From assembly GCA_041659505.1 (NCBI GenBank), contig JBAZYF010000002.1, positions 115,966 to 179,965 on the forward strand: a DNA stretch of 64,000 nucleotides, given 5' to 3'. This document shows, one piece after another, positions 50,119 through 58,267 of this stretch. The position numbers and the translations under genes were made by a program. Each line of letters starts with the position of its first letter. Positions within the stretch are counted from its first letter, which is position 1. The notes beneath the pieces were generated by a model. The model was not told the origin of the DNA and ran no database searches. It saw nothing but the letters and a program-made list of their open reading frames with translations. This DNA is from Parcubacteria group bacterium (GTDB taxonomy: Bacteria > Patescibacteriota > Minisyncoccia > Moranbacterales > UBA2206).

Positions 50119-50126
50119 TACAAGCG

Positions 50127-50531
50127 CTAACAGATATCGCAAACAGGATATTTCGTGCCTCTTTTGACAAAATTCGTTTCCACGTCTTTAAGATCAAACA
50201 TTTTTTTAAAATAGTTCACTACAAAAGCAGTATCCATCCCATTTTTGCAAGTATAAGCGTCAATGCTGACAAAACCGCGCGCTGGAAAGGTGTGGACGCT
50301 AATGTGACTCTCCATAATCACCACAAATCCGCTCCAACCACCCGGGTCTTTAATCTTATTCGATTTGGCAAAATAAATTTCTGGTTCGCTCAAGCGATGC
50401 ATCCCTAAAAGTTCAGGGAGTTCAGTGAGACTTCGCAAAACCAACTCTTTATCATTCAGCTTTTCAGGATCTCCCTGATATCCGTCGAGCATCAGGTGCT
50501 CTCCGAAATTGCACGTGTTTTTCTCTTCCAT
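50127..50531 (-). CDS. speD: Pyruvoyl-dependent S-adenosylmethionine decarboxylase family protein
   Basis: GEHLMLDGY, GGWSGFVVIMESHISVHTFP and SIDAYTC. Confidence 0.88.
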   Translation of the reverse strand: MEEKNTCNFGEHLMLDGYQGDPEKLNDKELVLRSLTELPELLGMHRLSEPEIYFAKSNKIKDPGGWSGFVVIMESHISVHTFPARGFVSIDAYTCKNGMDTAFVVNYFKKMFDLKDVETNFVKRGTKYPVCDIC

Positions 50532-50592
50532 TTTTACTTAAAATAATTAAACTATTTATAAAATGCTCACGCAGAATACATTAAATTTTAGC

Positions 50593-51501
50593 TTATGTCA
50601 ATATTTGCAAATCCCAAAGCTTGGTACTGAGATATTTCTCACCGCGATCAGGAAAAATGACGCACATCCGGCCAGAGATATCGCGCTTGGAAAGTTCCAC
50701 AGCCGCCTGCATCGCTGCGCCAGATGACATTCCTACAAAAATCCCCTCTTCATTGGCAATCCGTCGCGCCATTACAAACGCTTTTTCACTTTCAATCGTC
50801 ACAAATTCATCAATCTGACTCTTGTCATAAATCGCCGGCACAATCGCTTCTTCCATATTTTTCAGTCCTTGGATATAGTGGCCTTTTTCCGGATAAGCGC
50901 ACACGATTTTAATTTGGGGGTTATATTCTTTCAAATATTTTCCCACGCCCATGATCGTACCGGAAGTGCCAAGCGAGGAGACGAAATAATCGATTTTGCC
51001 TGTCATATCTTCCCAAATTTCTTTGGCTGTCGTTTCATAGTGCGCGATCTTATTATACTCGTTGGAAAATTGATCCGGCATAAAATATTTTTCCGGATTG
51101 TTTTTGACAAGCTCGCGTGCTTTCACAATGGCGCCGTCCGTGCCTTTGTTCTCATCAGTCAATATTATTTTTGCCCCGAAGGCCTCGAGCATTTTTCTTC
51201 GTTCCATCGAAACAGCCGCGCTCATTACAATTTCGACTGAATAGCCAAGCACCGCGCCAATCATTGCGATGCCGATTCCGGTATTGCCTGACGTCGGCTC
51301 AATGATTGTTTTCTTTTTAGTCAACTCGCCATTTTCAATCGCCACCTCAAGCATTTTGAGCGCCACGCGATCCTTGATACTTCCACCTGGATTTTGCCCT
51401 TCCAGCTTGGCAAAGATTTCCAAGTTCTTATTTGGATTAATTTTGTTAATTTTCACCAGTGGAGTATTGCCGATTGTTTCTAGTATATTTTGATATAACA
51501 T
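50593..51501 (-). CDS. cysM: Cysteine synthase (CysM/CysK family, PLP-dependent)
   Basis: IGNTPLV, KLEGQNPGGSIKDR, TSGNTGI, LGTSGT, GMSSGA and PDRGEKYLS; start refined to MLYQNIL. Confidence 0.92.
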   Translation of the reverse strand: MLYQNILETIGNTPLVKINKINPNKNLEIFAKLEGQNPGGSIKDRVALKMLEVAIENGELTKKKTIIEPTSGNTGIGIAMIGAVLGYSVEIVMSAAVSMERRKMLEAFGAKIILTDENKGTDGAIVKARELVKNNPEKYFMPDQFSNEYNKIAHYETTAKEIWEDMTGKIDYFVSSLGTSGTIMGVGKYLKEYNPQIKIVCAYPEKGHYIQGLKNMEEAIVPAIYDKSQIDEFVTIESEKAFVMARRIANEEGIFVGMSSGAAMQAAVELSKRDISGRMCVIFPDRGEKYLSTKLWDLQILT

Positions 51502-51514
51502 AATTTTAGTGTAT

Positions 51515-51623
51515 AAAAATAAAATCCCGAACAATTTCGGGAGCCAGTGTTAATTCTTTTTTCTTTAATGCGTCAACAGAAAAAAGCCGCTCCCGAAACA
51601 ATCAAGTGATTCGAGCAACAGCA
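51515..51623 (-). promoter_or_regulatory. Transcription attenuator with protector, antiterminator and terminator hairpins
   Basis: Terminator TCCCGAA-ATTG-TTCGGGA-TTTTATTTTT. Antiterminator TTTCGGGAGC (51589-98) pairs with GCTCCCGAAA (51535-44). Confidence 0.85.
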
Positions 51624-51671
51624 AAAAGAAACATTGCGAAAAATTTGAGCTTCAAGCTTTTGGGGATTCAT
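51573..51671 (-). CDS. 32-aa Cys-rich leader peptide MNPQKLEAQIFRNVSFCCCSNHLIVSGAAFFC
   Basis: Manual translation; three tandem Cys codons at 51615-51623. Confidence 0.85.
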   Translation of the reverse strand: MNPQKLEAQIFRNVSFCCCSNHLIVSGAAFFC

Positions 51672-51745
51672 TTTTTTGTCTCAAATTAATTACGTAATTA
51701 ATTACTTACATGAAATGCGTAGCAAAATTGGCTATCAATAGTTTT

Positions 51746-51774
51746 AATCTACCACAGATCAACGTTTATTACAA
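51746..51774 (-). promoter_or_regulatory. Putative promoter TTGTAA-17-TAGATT (with TG) for the leader-cysM transcript
   Basis: Read directly. Confidence 0.45.
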
Positions 51775-51779
51775 CAAGA

Positions 51780-51808
51780 TTGCTATTTGTTCAATTTGAC
51801 GCTATAAT
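51780..51808 (+). promoter_or_regulatory. Putative promoter TTGCTA-17-TATAAT for prfA
   Basis: Read directly. Confidence 0.55.
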
Positions 51809-51831
51809 ACAAAGAGTATCAATCCAGCCCT

Positions 51832-52896
51832 ATGCGCGAACAAATCGAACAGATCAAAGCCGAATATGCCCAAATTGCCCAAGAACTCAGTAATCCTGAG
51901 GTGGTTTTTGATACGCAAAAAATGACGCAACTCTCCAAAAAACAGGCCGAACTGAATGAAGTGATGCGCAAAATCGAAGAATTGGAGCTCTTGGAGAAAA
52001 ATATGCGCGAAAATGCGGAAATTGTCAACAGCGAAGAAGATGGTGAGATGAAACAGATGGCCATGGATGAGAACGTCTCCTTGGCTGGAAAAAAGGTTAT
52101 CCTGGAAAAAGAATTGGAAACTCTGCTTTTGCCCAAGGATCCACATGACTCCAAGAATGTCATCGTGGAGATCCGTGCCGGAGCCGGCGGTGATGAATCG
52201 GCTCTGTTTGCCGCGAGCCTTTTTCGGATGTATTCACATTACGCGGAAAAAAACCGTTGGCAAGTAAACTTGCTCAACTCCCACCAGAACGGCGTAGGCG
52301 GATTCAAAGAAGTCGTCTTTGAAATCAATGGCGCAGGGGTTTATGGCAAGATGAAATATGAATCAGGCGTCCATCGTGTCCAACGTATCCCGGAAACAGA
52401 AAAAAATGGCCGTATCCACACTTCCACGGCAACGGTCGCCGTTCTCCCGGAAGCTGAAGAATTTGATTTTAAGATTGAAGAAAAAGATATCCGCATCGAC
52501 ACTTTCTGCTCTTCCGGACCAGGCGGGCAATCCGTCAACACTACCAAGTCCGCAGTGCGCATCACTCACATTCCGACCGGCGTGATTGTTTCTTGCCAAG
52601 ACGAAAAATCGCAACTGAAAAATAAGGACAAGGCGATGAAGGTGCTCCGCTCGCGTCTTTTGCAGGCAGAAGAAGAAAAACGCGCAAAAGAACTGGGAGA
52701 TCAAAGGAAGTCTCAAATCGGCACCGGTGACCGCTCGGAAAAAATACGCACCTACAACTTTCCCCAAGATCGCATCACTGACCACCGCATCAAGCAAAAC
52801 TGGAGCAATATCAGTGGAATTCTAGAAGGCAACATCGAACCAATAATTACTGCCCTCCAAGAAGAGGACACTAAGATGAGGTTAGGCAATCTTTAA
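51832..52896 (+). CDS. prfA: Peptide chain release factor 1
   Basis: [12 protein letters not shown] (PxT motif), GPGGQ and IRTYNFPQ. Confidence 0.97.
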   Translation: MREQIEQIKAEYAQIAQELSNPEVVFDTQKMTQLSKKQAELNEVMRKIEELELLEKNMRENAEIVNSEEDGEMKQMAMDENVSLAGKKVILEKELETLLLPKDPHDSKNVIVEIRAGAGGDESALFAASLFRMYSHYAEKNRWQVNLLNSHQNGVGGFKEVVFEINGAGVYGKMKYESGVHRVQRIPETEKNGRIHTSTATVAVLPEAEEFDFKIEEKDIRIDTFCSSGPGGQSVNTTKSAVRITHIPTGVIVSCQDEKSQLKNKDKAMKVLRSRLLQAEEEKRAKELGDQRKSQIGTGDRSEKIRTYNFPQDRITDHRIKQNWSNISGILEGNIEPIITALQEEDTKMRLGNL

Positions 52897-52900
52897 TTTT

Positions 52901-53773
52901 GTGGCTACGATCCAAACCATCTTCGATGAATATCGGTCAAAAATAGATAGTCTTGACCTGGAACTTCTCATCGCTCACGAACTCAAGCAGTCTCGTGAGT
53001 TTGTTTTAACCTATCCGGAAAAAACAGTAACCAGCAAACAGGAAACAGCGATCAGTAAACTACTTGCGAGAAGATTGAGACATGAACCCATTGCGTATAT
53101 ACTAGGACACAAGGAATTTTATGGCCTAGACTTCAAAGTTACAAAAGACACACTCATCCCCCGCCCAGAAACAGAACTGCTGGTCGAAAAAGCGCTGCAA
53201 GAAATATCAAACGCCAAAAATGCCCCGTTAAATATCATCGATGTCGGAACAGGATCGGGAAATATTATAATTTCTGTCGCCAAAAATTTAAAAAATAAAC
53301 AAATAAACTATTTCGGTATCGATATTTCTGAAAAAGCCTTAGCAATCGCAAAGTACAATGCTAAAAAAAATAATTTAACAAAAATTAAATTTATCGAATC
53401 AAATTTGCTCGACTGTTTTTTAAAAAACAATGAAACAATAAAACAATTTAACAATTTAATTATTCTCGCTAATCTCCCCTATCTCTCAAAAGAAATCTAT
53501 TCCGCCACTGAAGCGAACGTAAAAAACTTTGAACCAAAATCCGCATTATTTAGTCCGAAGGCTGGACTGGCACATTATGAAAAACTGCTAAAGCAGATTA
53601 GGCTTCTTGCTATTCACTGTTCACTGTTCACTGTTCACTGCCTCCTAGAAATCAGTCCCGAACAAAAAAAATCCCTAGGCATTTTGATTAAAGAAATCCT
53701 GCCTTCAGCTAAAATTAAATTCGAGAAAGATCTGGCTGGAAAATGGCGTGTTTGCCTAATCAGTTTGGATTAA
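52901..53773 (+). CDS. prmC: Release factor glutamine methyltransferase
   Basis: EPIAYILG.KEFYG, LIPRPETE, DVGTGSG and NLPY; follows prfA. Confidence 0.95.
   Translation: MATIQTIFDEYRSKIDSLDLELLIAHELKQSREFVLTYPEKTVTSKQETAISKLLARRLRHEPIAYILGHKEFYGLDFKVTKDTLIPRPETELLVEKALQEISNAKNAPLNIIDVGTGSGNIIISVAKNLKNKQINYFGIDISEKALAIAKYNAKKNNLTKIKFIESNLLDCFLKNNETIKQFNNLIILANLPYLSKEIYSATEANVKNFEPKSALFSPKAGLAHYEKLLKQIRLLAIHCSLFTVHCLLEISPEQKKSLGILIKEILPSAKIKFEKDLAGKWRVCLISLD
53025..53059. repeat. Five degenerate CAGnnnn heptamers in prmC
   Basis: CAGTAAC CAGCAAA CAGGAAA CAGCGAT CAGTAAA. Confidence 0.7.
53426..53457. repeat. Four AACAATnn octamers in prmC
   Basis: AACAATGA AACAATAA AACAATTT AACAATTT. Confidence 0.8.
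53613..53640. repeat. Four perfect TTCACTG heptamers in prmC
   Basis: Read directly; encodes IHCSLFTVHC. Confidence 0.95.
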
Positions 53774-53788
53774 AAAATCCTTCCTAAT

Positions 53789-53822
53789 AAACAAAAAACC
53801 GCGTGTTAGCGGTTTTTTGTTT
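53789..53822. terminator. Bidirectional intrinsic terminator
   Basis: AAACAAAAAACCGC-GTGTTA-GCGGTTTTTTGTTT. Confidence 0.85.
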
Positions 53823-53912
53823 TATATCCAACGTTGATATAAGTCCTATGTTGACAACTTGCCAAACACAGAACGTTCCCCGAACGAATCGGGAAATCAC
53901 ACTATAAAAAGA

Positions 53913-54005
53913 CTATTTTTTCTTCTTCTTTGTAGCTTTTTTCTTTGTAACTTTTTTAACAGTCTTCTTTACAGCTTTTTTTGCTGCTTTTTTCTTTGCT
54001 GCCAT
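53913..54005 (-). CDS. 30-aa Lys/Ala-rich histone-H1-tail-like peptide MAAKKKAAKKAVKKTVKKVTKKKATKKKKK
   Basis: Manual translation; AGAAAGGATGGTGA RBS upstream and terminator downstream. Confidence 0.8.
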   Translation of the reverse strand: MAAKKKAAKKAVKKTVKKVTKKKATKKKKK

Positions 54006-54101
54006 GTTAGTTCACCATCCTTTCTATTTTTATTTTTTTCCAAAGTTTCTTATTTGAAACTCTCTGAAATATTTTTTAATGATTTTGTTTCGACCTTTGT
54101 T

Positions 54102-54145
54102 TTTATGAAAAATATTTTTTAAATTTAAAAAATATTTTTCATAAA
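54102..54145. repeat. Perfect 44-bp AT-rich palindrome
   Basis: TTTATGAAAAATATTTTTTAAA / TTTAAAAAATATTTTTCATAAA with no spacer. Confidence 0.85.
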
Positions 54146-54242
54146 TAAATTATATACCACCACTAAAAATTATGCAAGAGTAAAAAGTTATCCACAGGCA
54201 AATATTTTTTTATTTTTAAAAATAAAAAAAACAAATTACAAC

Positions 54243-54380
54243 AGGACTTACGCATGCGCCAAAAAGTTGTTCGCACGTTCATCTCTTTTAGCATCTCAGC
54301 CCTCTGGTAAACCAGCAAGGGAAAACCAAAATGAAAAAACCGTGCTTTTGAGAATAATTTTTTGGCGCATGCGTAAGTCT
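54243..54380. mobile_element. 138-bp GACTTACGC-family element with 28-bp terminal inverted repeats
   Basis: 54245-54272 pairs with 54352-54379 with only two G.T pairs. Confidence 0.8.
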
Positions 54381-54597
54381 AACCCAAAAAAGATTCGTCA
54401 TAAAAAAATATTTATCTGATCTTTAAAAAAAATAAATACTCCAAAATTTATCCGCACATTTTTGTCATTTATACCAGAACCTAAATAGCCAAAATTGTCT
54501 AGTTGACGCCCTTCCCAGCTTTGCTAAAATTTAGTATTAGAAACCCGCTTCAACGAAAGCACATTAAAAACTTAAACTAGAAAGGAAGGTGAAAACT

Positions 54598-55233
54598 ATG
54601 GAATCCAACCAAGAATCGAACGACAACCCGAACAAGGAAGAAGAAATGGCTGATGAATTTGGAGACTCCCCGACTACGGCAAAGCAATGGTTTCAGGATA
54701 ATTTGAGGATCATTGTCAGTATTCTTGTTGTTGTTATCATCGCCGCCGGAATCTATTCTTACTCTAACCGCGCCCAAAATGTCGATCAGACAGAACAGAC
54801 TCAACAGAGTGACATTCTCAAGGATTTGGCAAACAATGCCGGTACGGAAGAAAAGACAACGCCAAGTGACAATACTGCGACTTCTAATGCGGATAAGACA
54901 ACTAAGACGTCTTCGGTAACAACCAGCCAGGAAACTGACCAATCTTTTGTCGAAACAGCCGGTAAGGGAGATGGAACGACCAAGCTTGCCAGAAAAGCAT
55001 TGGCAGATTATTTGGAAAAAAATCCTGATTCCTCACTCACCCCAGAACACAAGATCTATATTGAAGATTATCTGAGAAAAAATGTAGGTCATAAGGGAGG
55101 AGTAAAAATAGGAACATCAGTAGAATTTTCCAAAAGCCTAATTTCCGACGCAATCACGAAATCCAAAACTCTAACTGCCGGGCAACTCAAAAACTTGCAC
55201 AAATATGCCGTCAGAGTGCCATCGTTATCCTAG
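54598..55233 (+). CDS. Single-TM protein with S/T-rich linker and LysM-like C-terminal domain
   Basis: AGAAAGGAAGGTGA RBS, TM IIVSILVVVIIAAGIY and ETAGKGDGTTKLAR..VKIGTSVEF; promoter TTGACG-16-TAAAAT at 54503-54530. Confidence 0.7.
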   Translation: MESNQESNDNPNKEEEMADEFGDSPTTAKQWFQDNLRIIVSILVVVIIAAGIYSYSNRAQNVDQTEQTQQSDILKDLANNAGTEEKTTPSDNTATSNADKTTKTSSVTTSQETDQSFVETAGKGDGTTKLARKALADYLEKNPDSSLTPEHKIYIEDYLRKNVGHKGGVKIGTSVEFSKSLISDAITKSKTLTAGQLKNLHKYAVRVPSLS

Positions 55234-55315
55234 ATTTAAAAAAACCGATTTTATTATGAAATAAAATTCTACTGTTCTTTCCTTATAAGTCGAGTATATC
55301 ATTACTCCCTTTTAT

Positions 55316-55367
55316 AAAAACATAAAATCCCTCGTGGCCTCAGCGCCAAAAGGGATTTTATGTTTTT
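55316..55367. terminator. 17-bp perfect stem between convergent genes
   Basis: AAAAACATAAAATCCCT / AGGGATTTTATGTTTTT. Confidence 0.75.
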
Positions 55368-55393
55368 TAGGAGTTACGTATTTACCCGAGTCC
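55366..55393. repeat. Half copy of the GACTTACGC-family element
   Basis: TTTAGGAGTTACGTATTTACCCGAGTCC. Confidence 0.6.
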
Positions 55394-55412
55394 AAAAATA
55401 AGCTTTTTTATT

Positions 55413-56438
55413 TCAATCCTTTCTTGCGTCAGCTAATCGCCTATTTATCAAAAAAGAAATCGCTAGCATGATAGAAACTGCCAGGACAAGCGTGATGCTT
55501 TTGCCAAAAGTTCTTGTGTTCAGTGCGACAATGGCGATTAGCAGGGTCGCTAGATAATAATAACTTGCAATTTTTCTCTGCGACCAGCCAATCTCTAAGA
55601 GCTTATGATGTAAATGATTGTTATCCGCCCTAAAAATCGACTCACCTCTTCTCAGGCGCTCACCAATAACCCAAACAAAATCCACCAGCGGAATAGTTAG
55701 AACTAAAATAGCGGTGGCAATTTTTGTTCCGGAAAAAATTGCCAAGACAGCCAAAGAAAGCCCCATAAACATCGCTCCGGATGTGCCAGCAATGATCCGC
55801 GCCGGATTAAAATTAAACACCAAAAAACCCAAAAGCGTTCCCAAGAGGATACTAGAAATGATCGCTACCGGTGGCTGATTAACCTCAGGTTTGAAACTAA
55901 GGATAAAAATTGTCCCGACTGAAATCAGGCTGATTCCGCCCGACAATCCATCCACCCCATCTATCCAATTCACAGCATTAATCACAAAAACGATCCAGAA
56001 AACGACCAGCAACAGTGAGAAAAAAACCGTGCTACCCAGATTCAGATTGATCGTCCCGCCTACAAAAGGATTAGTCACATAGTAGATCCGCACCCCAAGA
56101 ACAAAAACTAAGACGGAAATCGCCATCTGAAAAAACAACTGCGTTTTCCAGTAAATTTCTTTGATGTCGTCTCGCACACCCACCAGCATGAGGACGATTG
56201 AAGCAAACATAAAACCGAACAGTTCCGGACTGATGACCAAATCGCGATTGAAAATGATAGCTAGATTGAAAGCCAGTACCATCGCGATTCCTCCGATGCG
56301 ATAGACACCTTTTTTGTGAATGTGTCGCTTGGCCAGACGTTTGCCCCAAGGAATTTTTTTGGCCAGCGGTAAAATAACTACAATAAGAAGAATAGTGAAA
56401 AAAAACGCTTCCAGGAATGGTACAAGATATTTTGGCAT
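55413..56438 (-). CDS. Polyprenyl-phosphate HexNAc-1-phosphate transferase (WecA/TagO-type, MraY superfamily)
   Basis: GVRDD, NAVNWIDGVDGL, FNFNPARI and DNNHLHHKL. Confidence 0.88.
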   Translation of the reverse strand: MPKYLVPFLEAFFFTILLIVVILPLAKKIPWGKRLAKRHIHKKGVYRIGGIAMVLAFNLAIIFNRDLVISPELFGFMFASIVLMLVGVRDDIKEIYWKTQLFFQMAISVLVFVLGVRIYYVTNPFVGGTINLNLGSTVFFSLLLVVFWIVFVINAVNWIDGVDGLSGGISLISVGTIFILSFKPEVNQPPVAIISSILLGTLLGFLVFNFNPARIIAGTSGAMFMGLSLAVLAIFSGTKIATAILVLTIPLVDFVWVIGERLRRGESIFRADNNHLHHKLLEIGWSQRKIASYYYLATLLIAIVALNTRTFGKSITLVLAVSIMLAISFLINRRLADARKD

Positions 56439-56470
56439 AGACCAGCATTACTGATTAACTTTCTGATTTT

Positions 56471-56557
56471 TTATTTTCACGACTTGCGCATTTGCCCGAG
56501 TCAGCCGTACTTTTTTTAGAAAATACAGTTGTGAGGTTAAATGTGCAACTTCTAAAT
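56471..56557. mobile_element. Internally deleted copy of the 46631-46816 element
   Basis: Left end matches 14351-14389; right end TTTTTTTAGAAAAT..GAGGTTAAATGTGCAACTTCTAAAT matches 46771-46817. Confidence 0.75.
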
Positions 56558-56558
56558 T

Positions 56559-58253
56559 TTATTTTTTGCGCATTTTTTCCGTCACCCAAAATTCACCGAA
56601 ATATTTTCCCAGAAGAATCCGAGTTTGCGAATCAATTGCCGGAAAAGATCCGAGAAATGGAGCAATGACTGGAACCAGTACCCACTGTAAAAGCATATAG
56701 ATATTTCTCCAACGCGAATATTTTGCCGGGCGTGGCGGAAGCAAGAGAAAGCTCAAAGACATCGAAACCGCCAGACCAAGCATAGCCAGAGTCATTAGAT
56801 AACGGGTATAGATCGGTAAATTATGCGCCAGCACCTGCTGATTAAAATCGTCTCCGCCTAAAATCAGCGGGAGCCAACCAAGAATTGCCAAAATTAAAGC
56901 CGAAGTCGCCCAGGAATGATGCCCCTCCAGCATCTCAAAAGCAGTTCTAAATTTTTGGCGAAAACTGATTTTTTTATTCGGTCCGATCGCCCGCATAATG
57001 ACCGGGAAGTTCTCGATACCATAAGCCCAGCGTCTTTTTTGTTTATACTGATTGACGATCGTTTTCCAATAAGTTTCCGCCAGAACCGCATCCAAGGAAA
57101 TCGGCAGATAGACCGGCTTGACCCGGTAGTCCCCGTTATAATAAGTAAAGCATTTCCAATAGATGATCGAGTCCTCACTGATCATATTCACCGGCCAAAA
57201 GTTAACTTTGTGGAGCGTATCGAAAGGTTCACTGTGGGAAGAAAAAGTGACCATGCCGTCTGACCGGGTACTTTGAAAAATGTGCCAAAAACTCGAGCCG
57301 GTCACAATCACCCGCACAAAAGCGTTCGTATCCCAAAGATTGTTGTGGTACATCGGGAGCGGTTGATAACTGCGTTGCAAGCGCTTTGGGTCAGTGATAT
57401 ATTCATAAGTCAGCGCGGCAAAATATTCTTTGTGCGCCACGCTATCACAATCAAAATTGGAAAAAATCACCCGCTTGAAATCAACCTTTTTTTCCTTCAA
57501 ATAATCCGCCAGCTTGCGAGCGGCATAAGTCGCATTAGACCCCTTAGCTTTCATCTCATCATCGCGCACCTGATGAGTCGTGACAATGAAGTCTCGAAAA
57601 ACTCCGGCGAATTTTTTCGTGAGATAGTCCACTTTTTCTTTGCGCCGCTCGGCATTTTCCCGTTCCTCGGTTGCCAAAAGAATAATGATCTGCTCGTTGG
57701 GAAAATTCGCCTCCTCGATGGCTTGAATTGACGGCTCAATCACATCGGCCGGCTCGGTCGCCGTCGGCAACATCACCACGTGCACAATTTCACGCCAATC
57801 CCAAATCTGATCGTTGATCTTTTCCAGCGATTCAACTTCTTTCAAATAGGTTTTTTGCTGTTTCAGTTCTCGTTTCAAAATTTTCACATCCCGCCTTGTC
57901 ATTCCATTGCGTTCACGCAAACTGTCTTTCATCCGCAAGATCCGTGCGTTGATCAGCTCGCGATAATTTGCAGGATTACTGATGTTTTGACAGCGTTCCC
58001 ACCAATCAATTCTGATTCCCGCCTTCAATTTTTGATAACCCTCGACAGAATAATAAGCGATAAAAATTGTCCGCAGAATCCAATAGATGTCAAACGTGAT
58101 GATGAAATAAGCCACCCAATCCGGCACGATAAAAGAAAAGGCAAACATACCAATAATAGTCACCCAAGTCAAAGTACCGGGAATTACCTCAAGCATCCGC
58201 TGTTTTTTCCGCTCACGCGGGTCTTGAGTTTTGGGATCAGGAAATACAAACAT
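56559..58253 (-). CDS. Membrane GT2 with QxxRW motif (processive-type)
   Basis: KAKGSN, FDCDS, ISED and QKRRWAYG; N- and C-terminal TMs. Confidence 0.85.
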   Translation of the reverse strand: MFVFPDPKTQDPRERKKQRMLEVIPGTLTWVTIIGMFAFSFIVPDWVAYFIITFDIYWILRTIFIAYYSVEGYQKLKAGIRIDWWERCQNISNPANYRELINARILRMKDSLRERNGMTRRDVKILKRELKQQKTYLKEVESLEKINDQIWDWREIVHVVMLPTATEPADVIEPSIQAIEEANFPNEQIIILLATEERENAERRKEKVDYLTKKFAGVFRDFIVTTHQVRDDEMKAKGSNATYAARKLADYLKEKKVDFKRVIFSNFDCDSVAHKEYFAALTYEYITDPKRLQRSYQPLPMYHNNLWDTNAFVRVIVTGSSFWHIFQSTRSDGMVTFSSHSEPFDTLHKVNFWPVNMISEDSIIYWKCFTYYNGDYRVKPVYLPISLDAVLAETYWKTIVNQYKQKRRWAYGIENFPVIMRAIGPNKKISFRQKFRTAFEMLEGHHSWATSALILAILGWLPLILGGDDFNQQVLAHNLPIYTRYLMTLAMLGLAVSMSLSFLLLPPRPAKYSRWRNIYMLLQWVLVPVIAPFLGSFPAIDSQTRILLGKYFGEFWVTEKMRKK

Positions 58254-58267
58254 AGGACAAATTGACT

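Noticed and set aside
51515-51671. T-box or SAM riboswitch as the cysM regulator
   Set aside because: No T-box (GGTGGNACC) or SAM-I core motifs seen; the leader ORF and four segments explain the region.
53859-54122. 87-aa plus-strand Phe/Cys-rich ORF
   Set aside because: It is the antisense shadow of the Lys-rich peptide gene and has no RBS.
54006-54597. Replication origin
   Set aside because: Only one perfect and one imperfect DnaA box, and no dnaA/dnaN nearby.
46631-56557. Integron attC sites or CRISPR repeats
   Set aside because: No RYYYAAC/GTTRRRY ends, no integrase or cas genes, irregular spacing, and the copies also flank core genes.
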